From NCBI GenBank assembly GCA_047601445.1, contig JASGJH010000001.1, forward strand, positions 8,960,001-9,024,000: DNA of 64,000 bases, read 5' to 3'. The position numbers and the translations under genes are program-made. Origin of the DNA: Myxococcales bacterium (GTDB taxonomy: Bacteria > Myxococcota_A > Polyangia > Polyangiales > DASUME01). Positions within the stretch are counted from its first letter, which is position 1. The number at the start of each line of letters is the position of its first letter. Of the stretch, positions 1-9,736 are shown one piece after another. The notes beneath the pieces are model-generated. The model had not been told where the DNA came from. It did no database searches and saw only the letters and a program-made list of their open reading frames with translations.

Positions 1-933
1 CGCTGTCTAGTGGGGCTCGGCGCCAAGGTAACGGTGGTCGACAACCTGCACCAAAAGTACGGTGGCAACCTGTTCAACCTGGATGGGATCACCGATCGCG
101 TGGAGAGCTTGGCCGTGGACCAGGCGGACGAGAAGGCGATGCACGGCATCGTCGCCCGCTTCGACACCATCTTCAACATGGTGGGGCAGGTCAGCCACGT
201 CGACAGCATGGAGAACCCGTACCTCGATCTGCACACCAACGTCACCACGCACGTGTCGTTGCTCGAGGCCTGTCGCAAGCACAGCCCCAAGGCCAAGATC
301 CTGTTCGCAGGTACGCGTGGCCAGTACGGGCGCCCGCAAGTGTCTCCGGTGGACGAGACCGCCCCCATCGCGCCCATCGACGTCAACGGCGTGAACAAGC
401 ACGCCGGCGAGACCTATCACTTCCTCTATTCGCAGGTGTACGGGCTGCGCGTTTGCTCGTTGCGGCTGACCAACACCTACGGCCCCCGGCACACGATGAA
501 GACCGCGCGCCAGGGCGTGTTCGCGTGGTTCGTACGACAGGCCATCGACGGCGAGGAGATCAAGCTGTTCGGCGGCGGCGAGCAGCTGCGCGACTTCAAC
601 CACGTCAAGGACGTGGTGGCGGCGCTCGTGATGGCCATGGTCAGCTCGCAGGCCGACGGGCAAGTGTTCAATCTGGGCAGCCACGAGCCGATGAGCCTGC
701 TCAAGATCGCCAATATCATCGTGGACAAGGCCGGTACCGGCAGCGTGAAGGGCATCCCCTATCCGCCGCACCTCAAGGCCATCGAGATCGGCGACTACAT
801 CGGCGACTACACGAAGATCAAGAACGTGCTCGGGTGGGAACCCCGCATCGGCCTCGAGAACGGTATCGCCGAGACGGTTGCCTACTATCAACGGAACCGC
901 ACGAACTACTGGGAGCAGGTGCTCTACCCATGA
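1..933 (+). CDS. NAD-dependent epimerase/dehydratase (extended SDR), 5'-truncated by window edge
   Basis: Frame is open from base 1 (RCLVGLGAKVTVVDNL). Extended-SDR motifs LRLTNTYGP, GGEQLRDFNHVKDV, VFNLGS, LGWEPR. Stop overlaps next start (ATGA). Confidence 0.9.
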   Translation, partial: RCLVGLGAKVTVVDNLHQKYGGNLFNLDGITDRVESLAVDQADEKAMHGIVARFDTIFNMVGQVSHVDSMENPYLDLHTNVTTHVSLLEACRKHSPKAKILFAGTRGQYGRPQVSPVDETAPIAPIDVNGVNKHAGETYHFLYSQVYGLRVCSLRLTNTYGPRHTMKTARQGVFAWFVRQAIDGEEIKLFGGGEQLRDFNHVKDVVAALVMAMVSSQADGQVFNLGSHEPMSLLKIANIIVDKAGTGSVKGIPYPPHLKAIEIGDYIGDYTKIKNVLGWEPRIGLENGIAETVAYYQRNRTNYWEQVLYP

Positions 934-2024
934 TCCTGATGAACGATTTCAAGCTCCACGTCGCGGGGCTCCGCGCAGAAGTCGACGCCGCCGTCGCGCG
1001 CGTCCTCGAGAGTGGCTGGTTCATCCTCGGCAAGGAAGTCGAAGCATTCGAGCAGGAGTTCGCCGCCTTCGTGGGCGTGCCGCATGCCATCGGCGTGGGC
1101 AACGGCATGGATGCCATTCAGCTCGCGCTGATGGCCTGGGGAATCGGCCCGGGCGACGAGGTCATCACCACGCCCAATTCCGCCTTCGCGACCACGCTCG
1201 CCATCTTGCGCGTGGGCGCCACGCCGGTGTTCGTCGACATCGAAGATCGCGACTACGCGCTGGATAGTCGCTTGCTCGCCGCCGCCATCACGCCGCGCAC
1301 CAAGGCTCTGCTTCCCGTGCACATCTACGGCCGCGCGGCCGAACTCGCGCCCATGGTGGAGCTAGCGGACAAGCACGGGCTCCTCCTGTTGAACGACGCC
1401 TGCCAGGCTCACGGCGCGCAGTATCGCGGGCACGACGTGTCGCACTACGGCCACGCGACCGCTTACAGCTTCTATCCCACCAAGAACCTCGGCTGCTTCG
1501 GGGATGGCGGAATGATCGTGTGCTCCGACGCGGAGCATGCGGCGCGCATGCGTCGAGGTCGCGACTACGGGCAGAGCAAGCGCTACGAACACCTGGAGCC
1601 GGGACTCAATAGTCGGCTCGACGAGGTCCAGGCTGCCGTGCTGCGCGTCAAGCTCAAGCACCTGGCCGCCCACACCCAGCGTCGCCGCGCGGTCGCTGCA
1701 CGCTACCAGCAGGCCCTTGCTGGCCTACCCATCGTGCTGCCTCGGCCCGACGCCGGGGCGGTTTGGCATCTCTTCGTGCTGCGCACACCGCGCCGCGACG
1801 CGCTTGCCGAGCACCTGCGAGGACGCGGCGTGCAGAGCCTGGTGCACTATCCGACCATCATCCCGAAGCAAGCGGCGATGGGCCGTCCCTACGCGGCGGG
1901 TTCGCTGCCCGTGGCGGAGCGCTGCGCCGACGAGTTCCTGTCCTTGCCCATCAACCCCGAGCTGACCGACGCCCAAGTCGATGAGGTCTGCGCTGCCGTG
2001 CGGTCCTTCTTCGAGGCGGCATGA
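930..2024 (+). CDS. DegT/DnrJ/EryC1/StrS family PLP-dependent sugar aminotransferase
   Basis: SGWFILGKEVEAFEQEFA, LLPVHIYG, NDACQAHGA, SFYPTKNLGCFGDGG (PLP Lys), NSRLDEVQAA. ATG at 930 overlaps the upstream TGA. Confidence 0.95.
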   Translation: MILMNDFKLHVAGLRAEVDAAVARVLESGWFILGKEVEAFEQEFAAFVGVPHAIGVGNGMDAIQLALMAWGIGPGDEVITTPNSAFATTLAILRVGATPVFVDIEDRDYALDSRLLAAAITPRTKALLPVHIYGRAAELAPMVELADKHGLLLLNDACQAHGAQYRGHDVSHYGHATAYSFYPTKNLGCFGDGGMIVCSDAEHAARMRRGRDYGQSKRYEHLEPGLNSRLDEVQAAVLRVKLKHLAAHTQRRRAVAARYQQALAGLPIVLPRPDAGAVWHLFVLRTPRRDALAEHLRGRGVQSLVHYPTIIPKQAAMGRPYAAGSLPVAERCADEFLSLPINPELTDAQVDEVCAAVRSFFEAA

Positions 2025-3214
2025 AGGTCCTGCTGGGGGTGGTGTACTACGAGCCTGCCTGGGCCTACGGCGGGCCTCCGCGCATGGTCTTCGATCTGGC
2101 GCGTGAGCTCGTGCGCCGCGGACACGAAGTGACGGTGTGCACCACCGACGCGCTCGATGACGGCAAGCGCGTTCCCAAGCTCGAGGAGGTCTCGCACGGC
2201 GTGCGCATCGTGCGTTTCCCCAACTTGAGCAACCGGGTCGCGTTCCACCTCAAGATCTTCTTGCCCATCGGGATGCGCTACTGGCTCGACGAACACGTGC
2301 GTGAGTTCGACGTCGTGCACTTGTTCGACGCACGCACCATGCTCAACGCGTGGGCATCCCAGGCCGCCTTTCGCCACGGGGTCCCGTTCTTCGTGTCGGT
2401 GTGGGGCTCCCTGCCGCGCGGTGAGGGTTGGCGTGCAGCCATCAAGGCCTACTACGATCGGCACTACGCCGACGTGCAGATCGGCAAGGCCAGTCGGCTC
2501 TTGGCTCAGAATGCTCACGAGGCCGCGCTCTACCTCGACTACGGGGGACGCAAGGACCAGGTCGCCATCTGGCCGCTCGGGGTCGATCCCGCGGAGTTCC
2601 GCGTCCTGCCAGCTCGCGGGGAGTTGCGCAGCAAGCTCGGCATCCCGCCGGACGCCCCCGTCGTGCTCTTCGTCGGCCGCATCTCGGAGCTCAAGGGCCT
2701 CGAGCCGCTGCTACGAGCTTTTGCCCAGGCGAAGCGGCGCGTCCCAGCGGCCCGACTGGTGGTGGTGGGACGTGATGACGGCTACCTCCAGAGCATGCTG
2801 AGCCTCGCGCGTGAGCTGGGCATCGAGAGCAGCCTGCATTTCGTCGGACCGCTGTACGGCAGCGACGTCCTGCCGGCCTACATCGATGCGGACTTGTTCG
2901 CGATCACCCCCACCCACTTCGAGGAGACCTCGCTGGCTTCGCTGACCGCGGCTGCCGTGGGGCGGCCCATGCTGATCAACGACCGTTGCGGTGTGCCCTG
3001 GCTCGATGAGTACGACGCTGGTCGCTGCGTACCCCATGGTGTCGACGCCATCGCCAGCGCGCTCAGCGAGTTGCTCGCGGATGCGCAGCGGCTTCAGCGT
3101 ATGGGGGAAAACGCCAAGCGCATGAGCGACGAGCGCTTTCTACTGCCTCGCGTCGTGGACCAGGTCGAGCGACTGTACGAGGGCGCGCGCGGGGCGGCGC
3201 TCAGTCACGCGTAG
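2021..3214 (+). CDS. Glycosyltransferase family 4 (GT-B)
   Basis: YGGPP N-terminal motif, VLFVGRISELKGL, ADLF...EETSLASLTAAAVGRP. ATGA coupling with the upstream gene. Confidence 0.92.
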   Translation: MKVLLGVVYYEPAWAYGGPPRMVFDLARELVRRGHEVTVCTTDALDDGKRVPKLEEVSHGVRIVRFPNLSNRVAFHLKIFLPIGMRYWLDEHVREFDVVHLFDARTMLNAWASQAAFRHGVPFFVSVWGSLPRGEGWRAAIKAYYDRHYADVQIGKASRLLAQNAHEAALYLDYGGRKDQVAIWPLGVDPAEFRVLPARGELRSKLGIPPDAPVVLFVGRISELKGLEPLLRAFAQAKRRVPAARLVVVGRDDGYLQSMLSLARELGIESSLHFVGPLYGSDVLPAYIDADLFAITPTHFEETSLASLTAAAVGRPMLINDRCGVPWLDEYDAGRCVPHGVDAIASALSELLADAQRLQRMGENAKRMSDERFLLPRVVDQVERLYEGARGAALSHA

Positions 3215-4734
3215 GCGACGATGCGGCGCTCGCACCACAGGGCCGGGACTTCGCTCTGCCTCTCGGCGAAGCCGTAGTAGCCCGCGCGCTTGAATGCCTG
3301 CGCACTGCGCTGGTTCTCCGGCAAGATCTGCGCGACCAGAGTGAGCACCCCGAGCTGGGCCGCCTCCCGCTCCAGCAAACGCAGCAGCGGTGCGGCCAGT
3401 CCGCGTCCGCGCGCCTCGGGCGCCAGCGTCAGTGAGACCTCGGCGGCCTCCTGGTGCTGGTAGTCCAGGCGCAAGGTGCCCACGGGTAACGCTCCTTCCA
3501 AAGCGACGAACAGCGCTCGGCTCGAGTTGGCCAGCGACGCCTCGAGCCAGCGGCGGTGTTCCTCGGCCTTGACCTCGTGTTTGCTCACGGACATCTGACG
3601 CGTGAGCTCATCGTTGCGCCAGCTCAGTAAGAGGGCGCTGTCTTCGAGGGTCGCTCTCCTCAGCACGAGTGTGTCGTCGCTCGCGGGGGCGCTGCCGACG
3701 TCGGCCCAGGCCAGCGGCTTCCCGGCCGTCAGGTCTGCATGCGCGGTGCGTCCGAGGACCTGCGGCAGCGCGCTGGCCGGCAAACCATGGGCGGGTCGCA
3801 CGCTGCGCACGTGATCACAGGTGAGGACCTCGCCGCGCGCGACATCCTTCGCCACGTACAGAGAGCGCCGAAAGGCGAGGCTAGCTCGCTCGGAGACGGA
3901 GGGGCCAAACGAGATTCCGCCCAGCGCACGCTGAGCTTCGCGCGCGCTCTTGACCAGCGAGGCCATCTCGGAGGGCTCCAGCGAGAAGAAGGAGTCGGGA
4001 CCACCGACGGCGCGATCGAGGATGAAGTGCTTCTCGATGATGCAGGCTCCGCGCGCGACGGCCACGATGGCAGCGGTATTGTCGAGCGTGTGGTCGGACA
4101 ACCCCACCACGACGCCGAAGGACGCCAGCACGTCGATGCTCTTGAGCTGCATGTCTTCGGGGGCGGCGGGGTAGGCGGAGACGCAGCGGAGCAGGGCGAG
4201 CTTGTGGTTACCCGCCTGCTTGCAGACTCGCACGGCCGCCTCGATTTCCCCGAGACTCGCCATGCCCGTGGACATGATCATGGGCTTCTGCGTGCGTGCG
4301 ATCCGCTCCACCAGCGGCAGATCGACGAGCTCGAAGGATGCGACCTTGTGGCACGGTGCTCCGAGCTGCTCGAGGAGCTCGACGGCGGTCACATCGAAGG
4401 GCGTCGAGAAACACAACAAACCACAGGCCTTGGCGCAGGCAAAGAGCTCCGCGTGCCATTCCCAGGGGGTCATCGCCTCGGCGTACAAGTCATGCAGGGT
4501 GCGGCCAGCCCACTGGTTCGAGGTCTTGACCACGAAGTCGGGCGCGCGCGAGTTCAGCGTCAGGGTGTCTGGCGTGTAGGTCTGTAGCTTGATGGCGTCC
4601 ACGCCGGTCTTGGCGGCCGCTTCGATGGTGCGCAGCGCGGTGGACAAATTGCCGCCGTGGTTCGCGGATAGCTCGGCGATGACGAACACGGGGGCGCCGT
4701 CTCCGATATGCCGATGGCCCAACTCAAAGCCCAT
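3205..4734 (-). CDS. pseI: Pseudaminic acid synthase (NeuB+SAF) fused to a C-terminal GNAT acetyltransferase (PseH-like)
   Basis: FVIAELSANHGG, AIKLQTYTPDT, HKVASFELVD, GLSDHT, IEKHF, SAF segment RRSLYV...VRPAHGL, then LRRATLEDSALLLSWRND...ARGRGLA...ENQRSAQAFKRAGY. Confidence 0.92.
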   Translation of the reverse strand: MGFELGHRHIGDGAPVFVIAELSANHGGNLSTALRTIEAAAKTGVDAIKLQTYTPDTLTLNSRAPDFVVKTSNQWAGRTLHDLYAEAMTPWEWHAELFACAKACGLLCFSTPFDVTAVELLEQLGAPCHKVASFELVDLPLVERIARTQKPMIMSTGMASLGEIEAAVRVCKQAGNHKLALLRCVSAYPAAPEDMQLKSIDVLASFGVVVGLSDHTLDNTAAIVAVARGACIIEKHFILDRAVGGPDSFFSLEPSEMASLVKSAREAQRALGGISFGPSVSERASLAFRRSLYVAKDVARGEVLTCDHVRSVRPAHGLPASALPQVLGRTAHADLTAGKPLAWADVGSAPASDDTLVLRRATLEDSALLLSWRNDELTRQMSVSKHEVKAEEHRRWLEASLANSSRALFVALEGALPVGTLRLDYQHQEAAEVSLTLAPEARGRGLAAPLLRLLEREAAQLGVLTLVAQILPENQRSAQAFKRAGYYGFAERQSEVPALWCERRIVAYA

Positions 4735-4744
4735 TCGACCCTCC

Positions 4745-5959
4745 TCAAGCCTTCAGGATCTCGAGAACACTCGCCGCGACGCGGTCCGCGTCGGAGACAT
4801 CCATCCTGGGAAACATCGGTAGGCTGATGCAGCCCGCATAGTACGCATCCGCGCCCTCGAACGACCCTGACGACAGCCCGGCGTCGCGGAAGCTCGGCTG
4901 GCGATGGACAGGCACGTAGTGGACCTGCGGGAAGATGTTCGTCTCGCGGAGTTTCTCGAACAGAACCCGACGTCGACCGGCCACGCCTTCGAGCCCTTCG
5001 CCCGCGCGCGGGAGCACACGCAAGACATACAGGTGGTAAGCCGACTGCACGCCCGTCGGCACGCGCAATGGCGTGCACAGCCCGCCGAACTCGGGCGCCG
5101 CGAACAACGCGTCGTAGCGCGCGGCGATGCGGCGTCGCTGCTCCAGGAAGCGCGGCAAGCGTGCCAGCTGCGAGATGCCGAGCGCGCACTGCAGGTCGGT
5201 GATGCGGTAGTTGTACCCGAGCGAGCGCTGCTCGTAGTACCAGGGCCCGTCGGAGCCGCGCATGCGCGCCGGATCGCGCGTAATGCCATGGCTCCGTAGC
5301 TCGAGGAGCTCTTGGTAGAGACTCGGGTCGTTGGTGGTGATCGCGCCGCCTTCGCCCGTCGTGATGTGCTTCACGGGGTGAAAGGAGAGAATGCCCATAT
5401 CGGCGTGGGCGCAGGACGCGGCTTGGTACGTCTTCCCGTCGACTTCGTAGGTGGTGCCCAGGCCGTGGGCGGCGTCTTCGATGACGCAGGCTCCCGCGGC
5501 GCTCGCGAGGCGACGAAGACGCGCCATGTCGGGAGCGCTGCCGGCGAAGTGGACCGGGAGCACCGCCTTGATGGGGCTCGAGCTCGTCGCAGCCTTGAAC
5601 CGGCTCTCCACGTGCTCGAGATTCATGAGCCCCGTGTCGGACTCGACGTCGATGAGCGCAGGCGTGGCGCCCACGTAGCGCACCGCATTGGCCGTGGCGA
5701 CGAAGGTGATGTCCGGTACCAGCGCCACGTCACCTGCGCGTAGGCCCGCGGCCAGGCACGCGAGGTGGAGCGCAGCGGTGCCGTTCGCGACGGCCACGGC
5801 GAAACGTGCACCGACGAACTTGGCGAGCTTTTCCTCGAACTCCGCGACGCGCGGCCCTTGGGTCAGCCAGTCATCGCGAAGCTGTGTCTCCACCGCCAGC
5901 AGGTCGCTGGCGTCGATGTCCTGGGTGGCGTATGGCAGTCGCTTGCCCGCACCGCTCAT
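4745..5959 (-). CDS. pseC: UDP-4-amino-4,6-dideoxy-N-acetyl-beta-L-altrosamine transaminase
   Basis: LPYATQDID, WLTQGP, NGTAALHLA, EDAAHGLG, SFHPVKHITTGEGG, LGYNYRITDLQCALG, QVHYVPVH. Adjacent to pseI. Confidence 0.92.
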   Translation of the reverse strand: MSGAGKRLPYATQDIDASDLLAVETQLRDDWLTQGPRVAEFEEKLAKFVGARFAVAVANGTAALHLACLAAGLRAGDVALVPDITFVATANAVRYVGATPALIDVESDTGLMNLEHVESRFKAATSSSPIKAVLPVHFAGSAPDMARLRRLASAAGACVIEDAAHGLGTTYEVDGKTYQAASCAHADMGILSFHPVKHITTGEGGAITTNDPSLYQELLELRSHGITRDPARMRGSDGPWYYEQRSLGYNYRITDLQCALGISQLARLPRFLEQRRRIAARYDALFAAPEFGGLCTPLRVPTGVQSAYHLYVLRVLPRAGEGLEGVAGRRRVLFEKLRETNIFPQVHYVPVHRQPSFRDAGLSSGSFEGADAYYAGCISLPMFPRMDVSDADRVAASVLEILKA

Positions 5960-5982
5960 GTGAAAAACCTCCGAAGCTCGGG

Positions 5983-6012
5983 ATTATAGCCACGTCGACC
6001 CGCCCGGGCCAA
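5983..6012 (-). promoter_or_regulatory. Putative sigma70 promoter for pseC-pseI
   Basis: Minus strand TTGGCC-18 nt-TATAAT (perfect -10 at 5988-5983); GGAGG upstream of the pseC ATG. Confidence 0.5.
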
Positions 6013-6022
6013 CATCCAGGCG

Positions 6023-7327
6023 CTAAGCATCGCTGCGTTCATCGGCCCGATTCAGCCCTAAAATTGCGGCCAGCACGAGCAAACCGGACCCCGCGGCCCA
6101 GAGCGTGTCGAGCGCGATCGCGCGTGCGTCTCCATGATTCACTTGCAGCAACGTGATCTGGACCAGCGGGGGTACCAGCAGCAGCCAGAAGCCTCGGTGG
6201 CGATTGATGCCGATGAGCACGGTGCAAACGCTGCTCTGGAGGACGAGCAGACAAACGCTGGCGACCAACAAGGTCAGAAGCGGAGCGCTCCCGCGGAATG
6301 CCTGGCCGTACATCAGCACCACCGCCCACTCGCCCACCAGCACGGTCCCGAGCAGTCCCACCAGCAATAGACCCAGCAGCGTGCCGACCACGCCGAGTAC
6401 GAGCTTGCCGATGGGCCGACCCGCTGCCTTCGCGGTGGTCACCTTGGACAGCAGCACCACGGTGAGTGGCGCCGCGGCGACGGCGGCCAAGCGGGACAGC
6501 GATGACGCGGCCCCGTATAGACCCGCTTGCTCGTCCGTCAGCACGTGCTTGGCGGCGATCACGTCGGCGTTCATGAGCCCCAGCGAGCAAATGCTCATGA
6601 ACATGAAGGGCAGCGATACGGAGAGTCCAAACCCGCCGCGCTGAGACGGCGCTGTCGGGGCGGGCGCATCCGTTCGCGAGCCGGACATGGAGACGTGTGC
6701 CTGCGTGACGTCGCCTAGGCTGAGTCGGCCGAGTAGGGCCGCGGCGCCGGTTCCCAGTGCGTAGCCTGCCAACACGCCCAGGGCTCCGAACCCCAACAGG
6801 GCCAGACTCGCGCCCAGGACGAGCCGCACGCCAGCCTCCGCCACCTGGTTGAGCGCAAAGGCTTCGAAGCGATGGAGTCCCCGCTGGAGCGCACGCGGGG
6901 CGCCGATGGCGATCGTGGAGGCGAGATAAGCAACGAATGCCAGAACGGGACCGTGCGACGGGATATCCAGCCAGGTCGCAATCCATGGCGAGGCGACGCA
7001 TCCAAGTACCGTCACGCCAGCAGCCAGGCCCAGCGCCCAACGCCACGCGAGACGCCACAAGGCAGCGGTGGTGCCCACGTCGTCTCGACCCATGTGGTCG
7101 GCCACTAACTTGGCGATGCCGTCGGCGGCCGGATTGAGCAACGTGGTAATGGCGCTCAGGGCCAACAACGCGGCGACGATCGAATATTCCGACGGTCCGA
7201 GCGCGCGCCCGCAAATTCCGACGTAGGCAGCCGAAAGCAGCGAAGAGGCGAGGGTGGCCAGGGTCAGTCGCGCGGAGTCCGAGATCCAACCGGCACTGGG
7301 GGAGAACCGCACTGCTGCCTTTTCCAC
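6023..7327 (-). CDS. Wzx-like (MOP superfamily) oligosaccharide flippase, copy 1
   Basis: About 12 hydrophobic segments; GRALGPSEYS, LQRGLHRF, NADVIAAKHVL...AGLYGAASSLSR. Confidence 0.8.
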   Translation of the reverse strand: MEKAAVRFSPSAGWISDSARLTLATLASSLLSAAYVGICGRALGPSEYSIVAALLALSAITTLLNPAADGIAKLVADHMGRDDVGTTAALWRLAWRWALGLAAGVTVLGCVASPWIATWLDIPSHGPVLAFVAYLASTIAIGAPRALQRGLHRFEAFALNQVAEAGVRLVLGASLALLGFGALGVLAGYALGTGAAALLGRLSLGDVTQAHVSMSGSRTDAPAPTAPSQRGGFGLSVSLPFMFMSICSLGLMNADVIAAKHVLTDEQAGLYGAASSLSRLAAVAAAPLTVVLLSKVTTAKAAGRPIGKLVLGVVGTLLGLLLVGLLGTVLVGEWAVVLMYGQAFRGSAPLLTLLVASVCLLVLQSSVCTVLIGINRHRGFWLLLVPPLVQITLLQVNHGDARAIALDTLWAAGSGLLVLAAILGLNRADERSDA

Positions 7328-7614
7328 GCGCCGGAGGTTAGCAGACCCCCCGCCCCAGCATAGGAGCGGGCTCTCGCCCCAGCGCGAAACCGCACGCTGC
7401 CGTCACAGCCGGGGCTGCGAGGCCGGAAAATACGCCCAAAACACGCGGGGGCGGCGCCTCGTTCAAGCCCGCGCAACACCCTACATCGACGCCCGCGAGG
7501 ACTGGACCCGCGCGACCGACCATAGTAGATCCCGCTGGAATTTGCGGAGCTCTCGTCGAGACTCCATCGCGGGCTGATGCGCCCGCCTCGACTTCGTAGC
7601 GGAGGAACCTGCGC

Positions 7615-8622
7615 GTGCTTGCCAACAAGGCCGTTCTCGTCACTGGTGGTACTGGATCGTTCGGCAAGGCGTTCGTGCGGACGTTGCTGACGCGCTTTCC
7701 CGACATCAAGCGCCTGGTCGTCTACTCACGGGACGAGCTCAAGCAGTTCGAGATGGCGCAAGTGTTCCCGGAGCGCGAGCACAAGTGCATCCGCTACTTC
7801 ATCGGCGACATCCGCGATCCGCAGCGACTCCGGCGTGCCCTCGAGGGCATCGACATCGTGATCCACGCCGCGGCGCTCAAGCAGGTGCCGGCCGCGGAAT
7901 ACAATCCCTTCGAGTGCATCAAGACCAACGTGCTCGGCGCCCAGAACCTGATTGAAGGGTGCCTGGATAGCGGCGTCAGCCGCGTGGTCGCGCTCTCCAC
8001 CGACAAGGCCGCCGCTCCGATCAACCTGTATGGAGCGACCAAGCTCTGCTCGGACAAGCTGTTCGTCGCGGCCAACAACATCCGCGGTAGCCGCGACTTG
8101 CGTTTCAGCGTCGTGCGCTACGGCAACGTGCTCGGGAGCCGCGGCTCCGTGCTGCCGTTCTTCACCGAGCGTCGCCCGAGCGGCGTCCTGCCCATCACCG
8201 ATCCGGCGATGACCCGCTTCAACATCAGCCTGCAAGAAGGCGTGAACATGGTGCTCTGGGCGCTCGAAAACGCCTGGGGTGGTGAGATCTTCGTGCCGAA
8301 GATTCCCTCCTATCGGATCACCGACATGGCCGCTGCCATCGCGCCCGAGTGCGAGCAGAAGATCGTGGGCATCCGACCCGGCGAGAAGATTCACGAGGAG
8401 ATGATCACGGCGAGTGACAGCCTCAATACGGTGGATCTAGGCGCCTACTACGCCATCTTGCCCGCCGGTGGTGGGTACACGTTGCCGGAGTACGCGAAGC
8501 GCAGCGGCGCAGTCCCCGTGCCGTCGGGGTTTTGCTACAACAGCGGGACCAACCCGCATTTCCTCACCGTGGAAGAGCTGCGCGTGCTCATCAAGCAGCA
8601 GGCCGCGGTTGCGGTCTCCTGA
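7615..8622 (+). CDS. pseB: UDP-N-acetylglucosamine 4,6-dehydratase (inverting)
   Basis: VTGGTGSFG, YSRDELKQFEM, HAAALKQVPAAEYNPFE, STDKA, YGATKL, VRYGNVLGSRGSV, GIRPGEKIHEEM. GGAGG RBS before the GTG. Confidence 0.95.
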   Translation: MLANKAVLVTGGTGSFGKAFVRTLLTRFPDIKRLVVYSRDELKQFEMAQVFPEREHKCIRYFIGDIRDPQRLRRALEGIDIVIHAAALKQVPAAEYNPFECIKTNVLGAQNLIEGCLDSGVSRVVALSTDKAAAPINLYGATKLCSDKLFVAANNIRGSRDLRFSVVRYGNVLGSRGSVLPFFTERRPSGVLPITDPAMTRFNISLQEGVNMVLWALENAWGGEIFVPKIPSYRITDMAAAIAPECEQKIVGIRPGEKIHEEMITASDSLNTVDLGAYYAILPAGGGYTLPEYAKRSGAVPVPSGFCYNSGTNPHFLTVEELRVLIKQQAAVAVS

Positions 8623-8653
8623 ACTCGCAGCACTCCCTGGGGCGTTGCCAGCC

Positions 8654-9727
8654 GTGAAAGGTTCTCCCCGTCGCTACTGGTTGATGGACGGCGCACGCGG
8701 TCTCGCGGCGTTGTCGATTCTCGTCTATCACCTGTGCCACTGGGTCGATCTCCACCCTGCGCTCGTTCTCGACGTCGTGCTGCGCAAGCTGGGCGTCTAT
8801 GCGGTCGAGTTCTTCTACGTGATCAGCGGGATCTCGATGGGCATCGCGTACCCACGGTTGGCGCTGCGCTTCGAGGATTTTCGCGTCTTTCTCATCCGTC
8901 GCTGGTTTCGCATCGCGCCCCTCTATCTCGCCTGCTCCCTGGCGGTCATCGCGAGCGCCTTCGTGCTGCCCGAGCTGCGGGCCACGGCCTGGGCGCCCTG
9001 GCCGGCGCTCGCCAACGCGTCCTTGCTCTTCGGCCTCATCAATCCCGCCCTCTCGACCATCAATGGCGGCTGGTCCATCGGGGTGGAATTCGTCTTCTAT
9101 CTCGCGTTTCCCGTGCTGCTCTACGCCGTTCGTCGGTTTGGCACGGCAGCCGTCTTGCTCTCGATGCTGCCCGCTGCGGTTCACGCGTTCTCGCTGGATC
9201 CGGGGCATCCGCTGGCATCGCAATGGTCGAACTACGTGGCGGTCTCCAACCACGTTTGCTTCTTTGCGGCGGGAATCTGGATCTCGGGTTCCGGCTCGGT
9301 CGGCCCGGCGCGCGCCGCGTTGGTTGGCCTCGTCGGATGCGCCGCCTTCCTTGGTCTGCAGCCTCTTACCCTCACCGACAACATCGCGTACGTCACGGGC
9401 GGCGCACGCTTGGTGCTGAGCCTCGCCACCTGCTTCGTGGCCTACAGCCTGTTTCAGCTGGAACCGCGGCGCTGGTCGCCATGGGCCGAGCGATGCGCGA
9501 GGTTCCTGGGGGAGTCGAGCTACTCGCTGTACTTGTGCCACTTTTTCGTCTTCAGCGTGGTGCGGCGCGTAGTTCCTGCCTCTGGCGTGGTCATCGCGCT
9601 CACCGTCGTGCTGAGCCTCGTCGTTTCCCGACTTCTCTTCCCGCTCGAGCGCTGGTGCATCGACCTGGGGCGCCGCGTCTCGCAGCGCACCCGCTACGCC
9701 GTTGACTCGGCCAAATCGTTGTCATAA
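8654..9727 (+). CDS. Acyltransferase family 3 (OafA/YrhL-like) membrane protein; start uncertain
   Basis: DGARGLAALSILVYH, VEFFYVISG, FLIRRWFRIAPLY, WSIGVEFVFY, LGESSYSLYLCH. Confidence 0.88.
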   Translation: MKGSPRRYWLMDGARGLAALSILVYHLCHWVDLHPALVLDVVLRKLGVYAVEFFYVISGISMGIAYPRLALRFEDFRVFLIRRWFRIAPLYLACSLAVIASAFVLPELRATAWAPWPALANASLLFGLINPALSTINGGWSIGVEFVFYLAFPVLLYAVRRFGTAAVLLSMLPAAVHAFSLDPGHPLASQWSNYVAVSNHVCFFAAGIWISGSGSVGPARAALVGLVGCAAFLGLQPLTLTDNIAYVTGGARLVLSLATCFVAYSLFQLEPRRWSPWAERCARFLGESSYSLYLCHFFVFSVVRRVVPASGVVIALTVVLSLVVSRLLFPLERWCIDLGRRVSQRTRYAVDSAKSLS

Positions 9728-9736
9728 GGGCGAATC

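Noticed and set aside
453..929. N-terminal extensions in the ORF track (also 8468, 12354, 36134, 38116, 46361, 49226)
   Set aside because: They overlap neighbouring genes or lack coding character; downstream starts with an RBS or ATGA coupling fit better.
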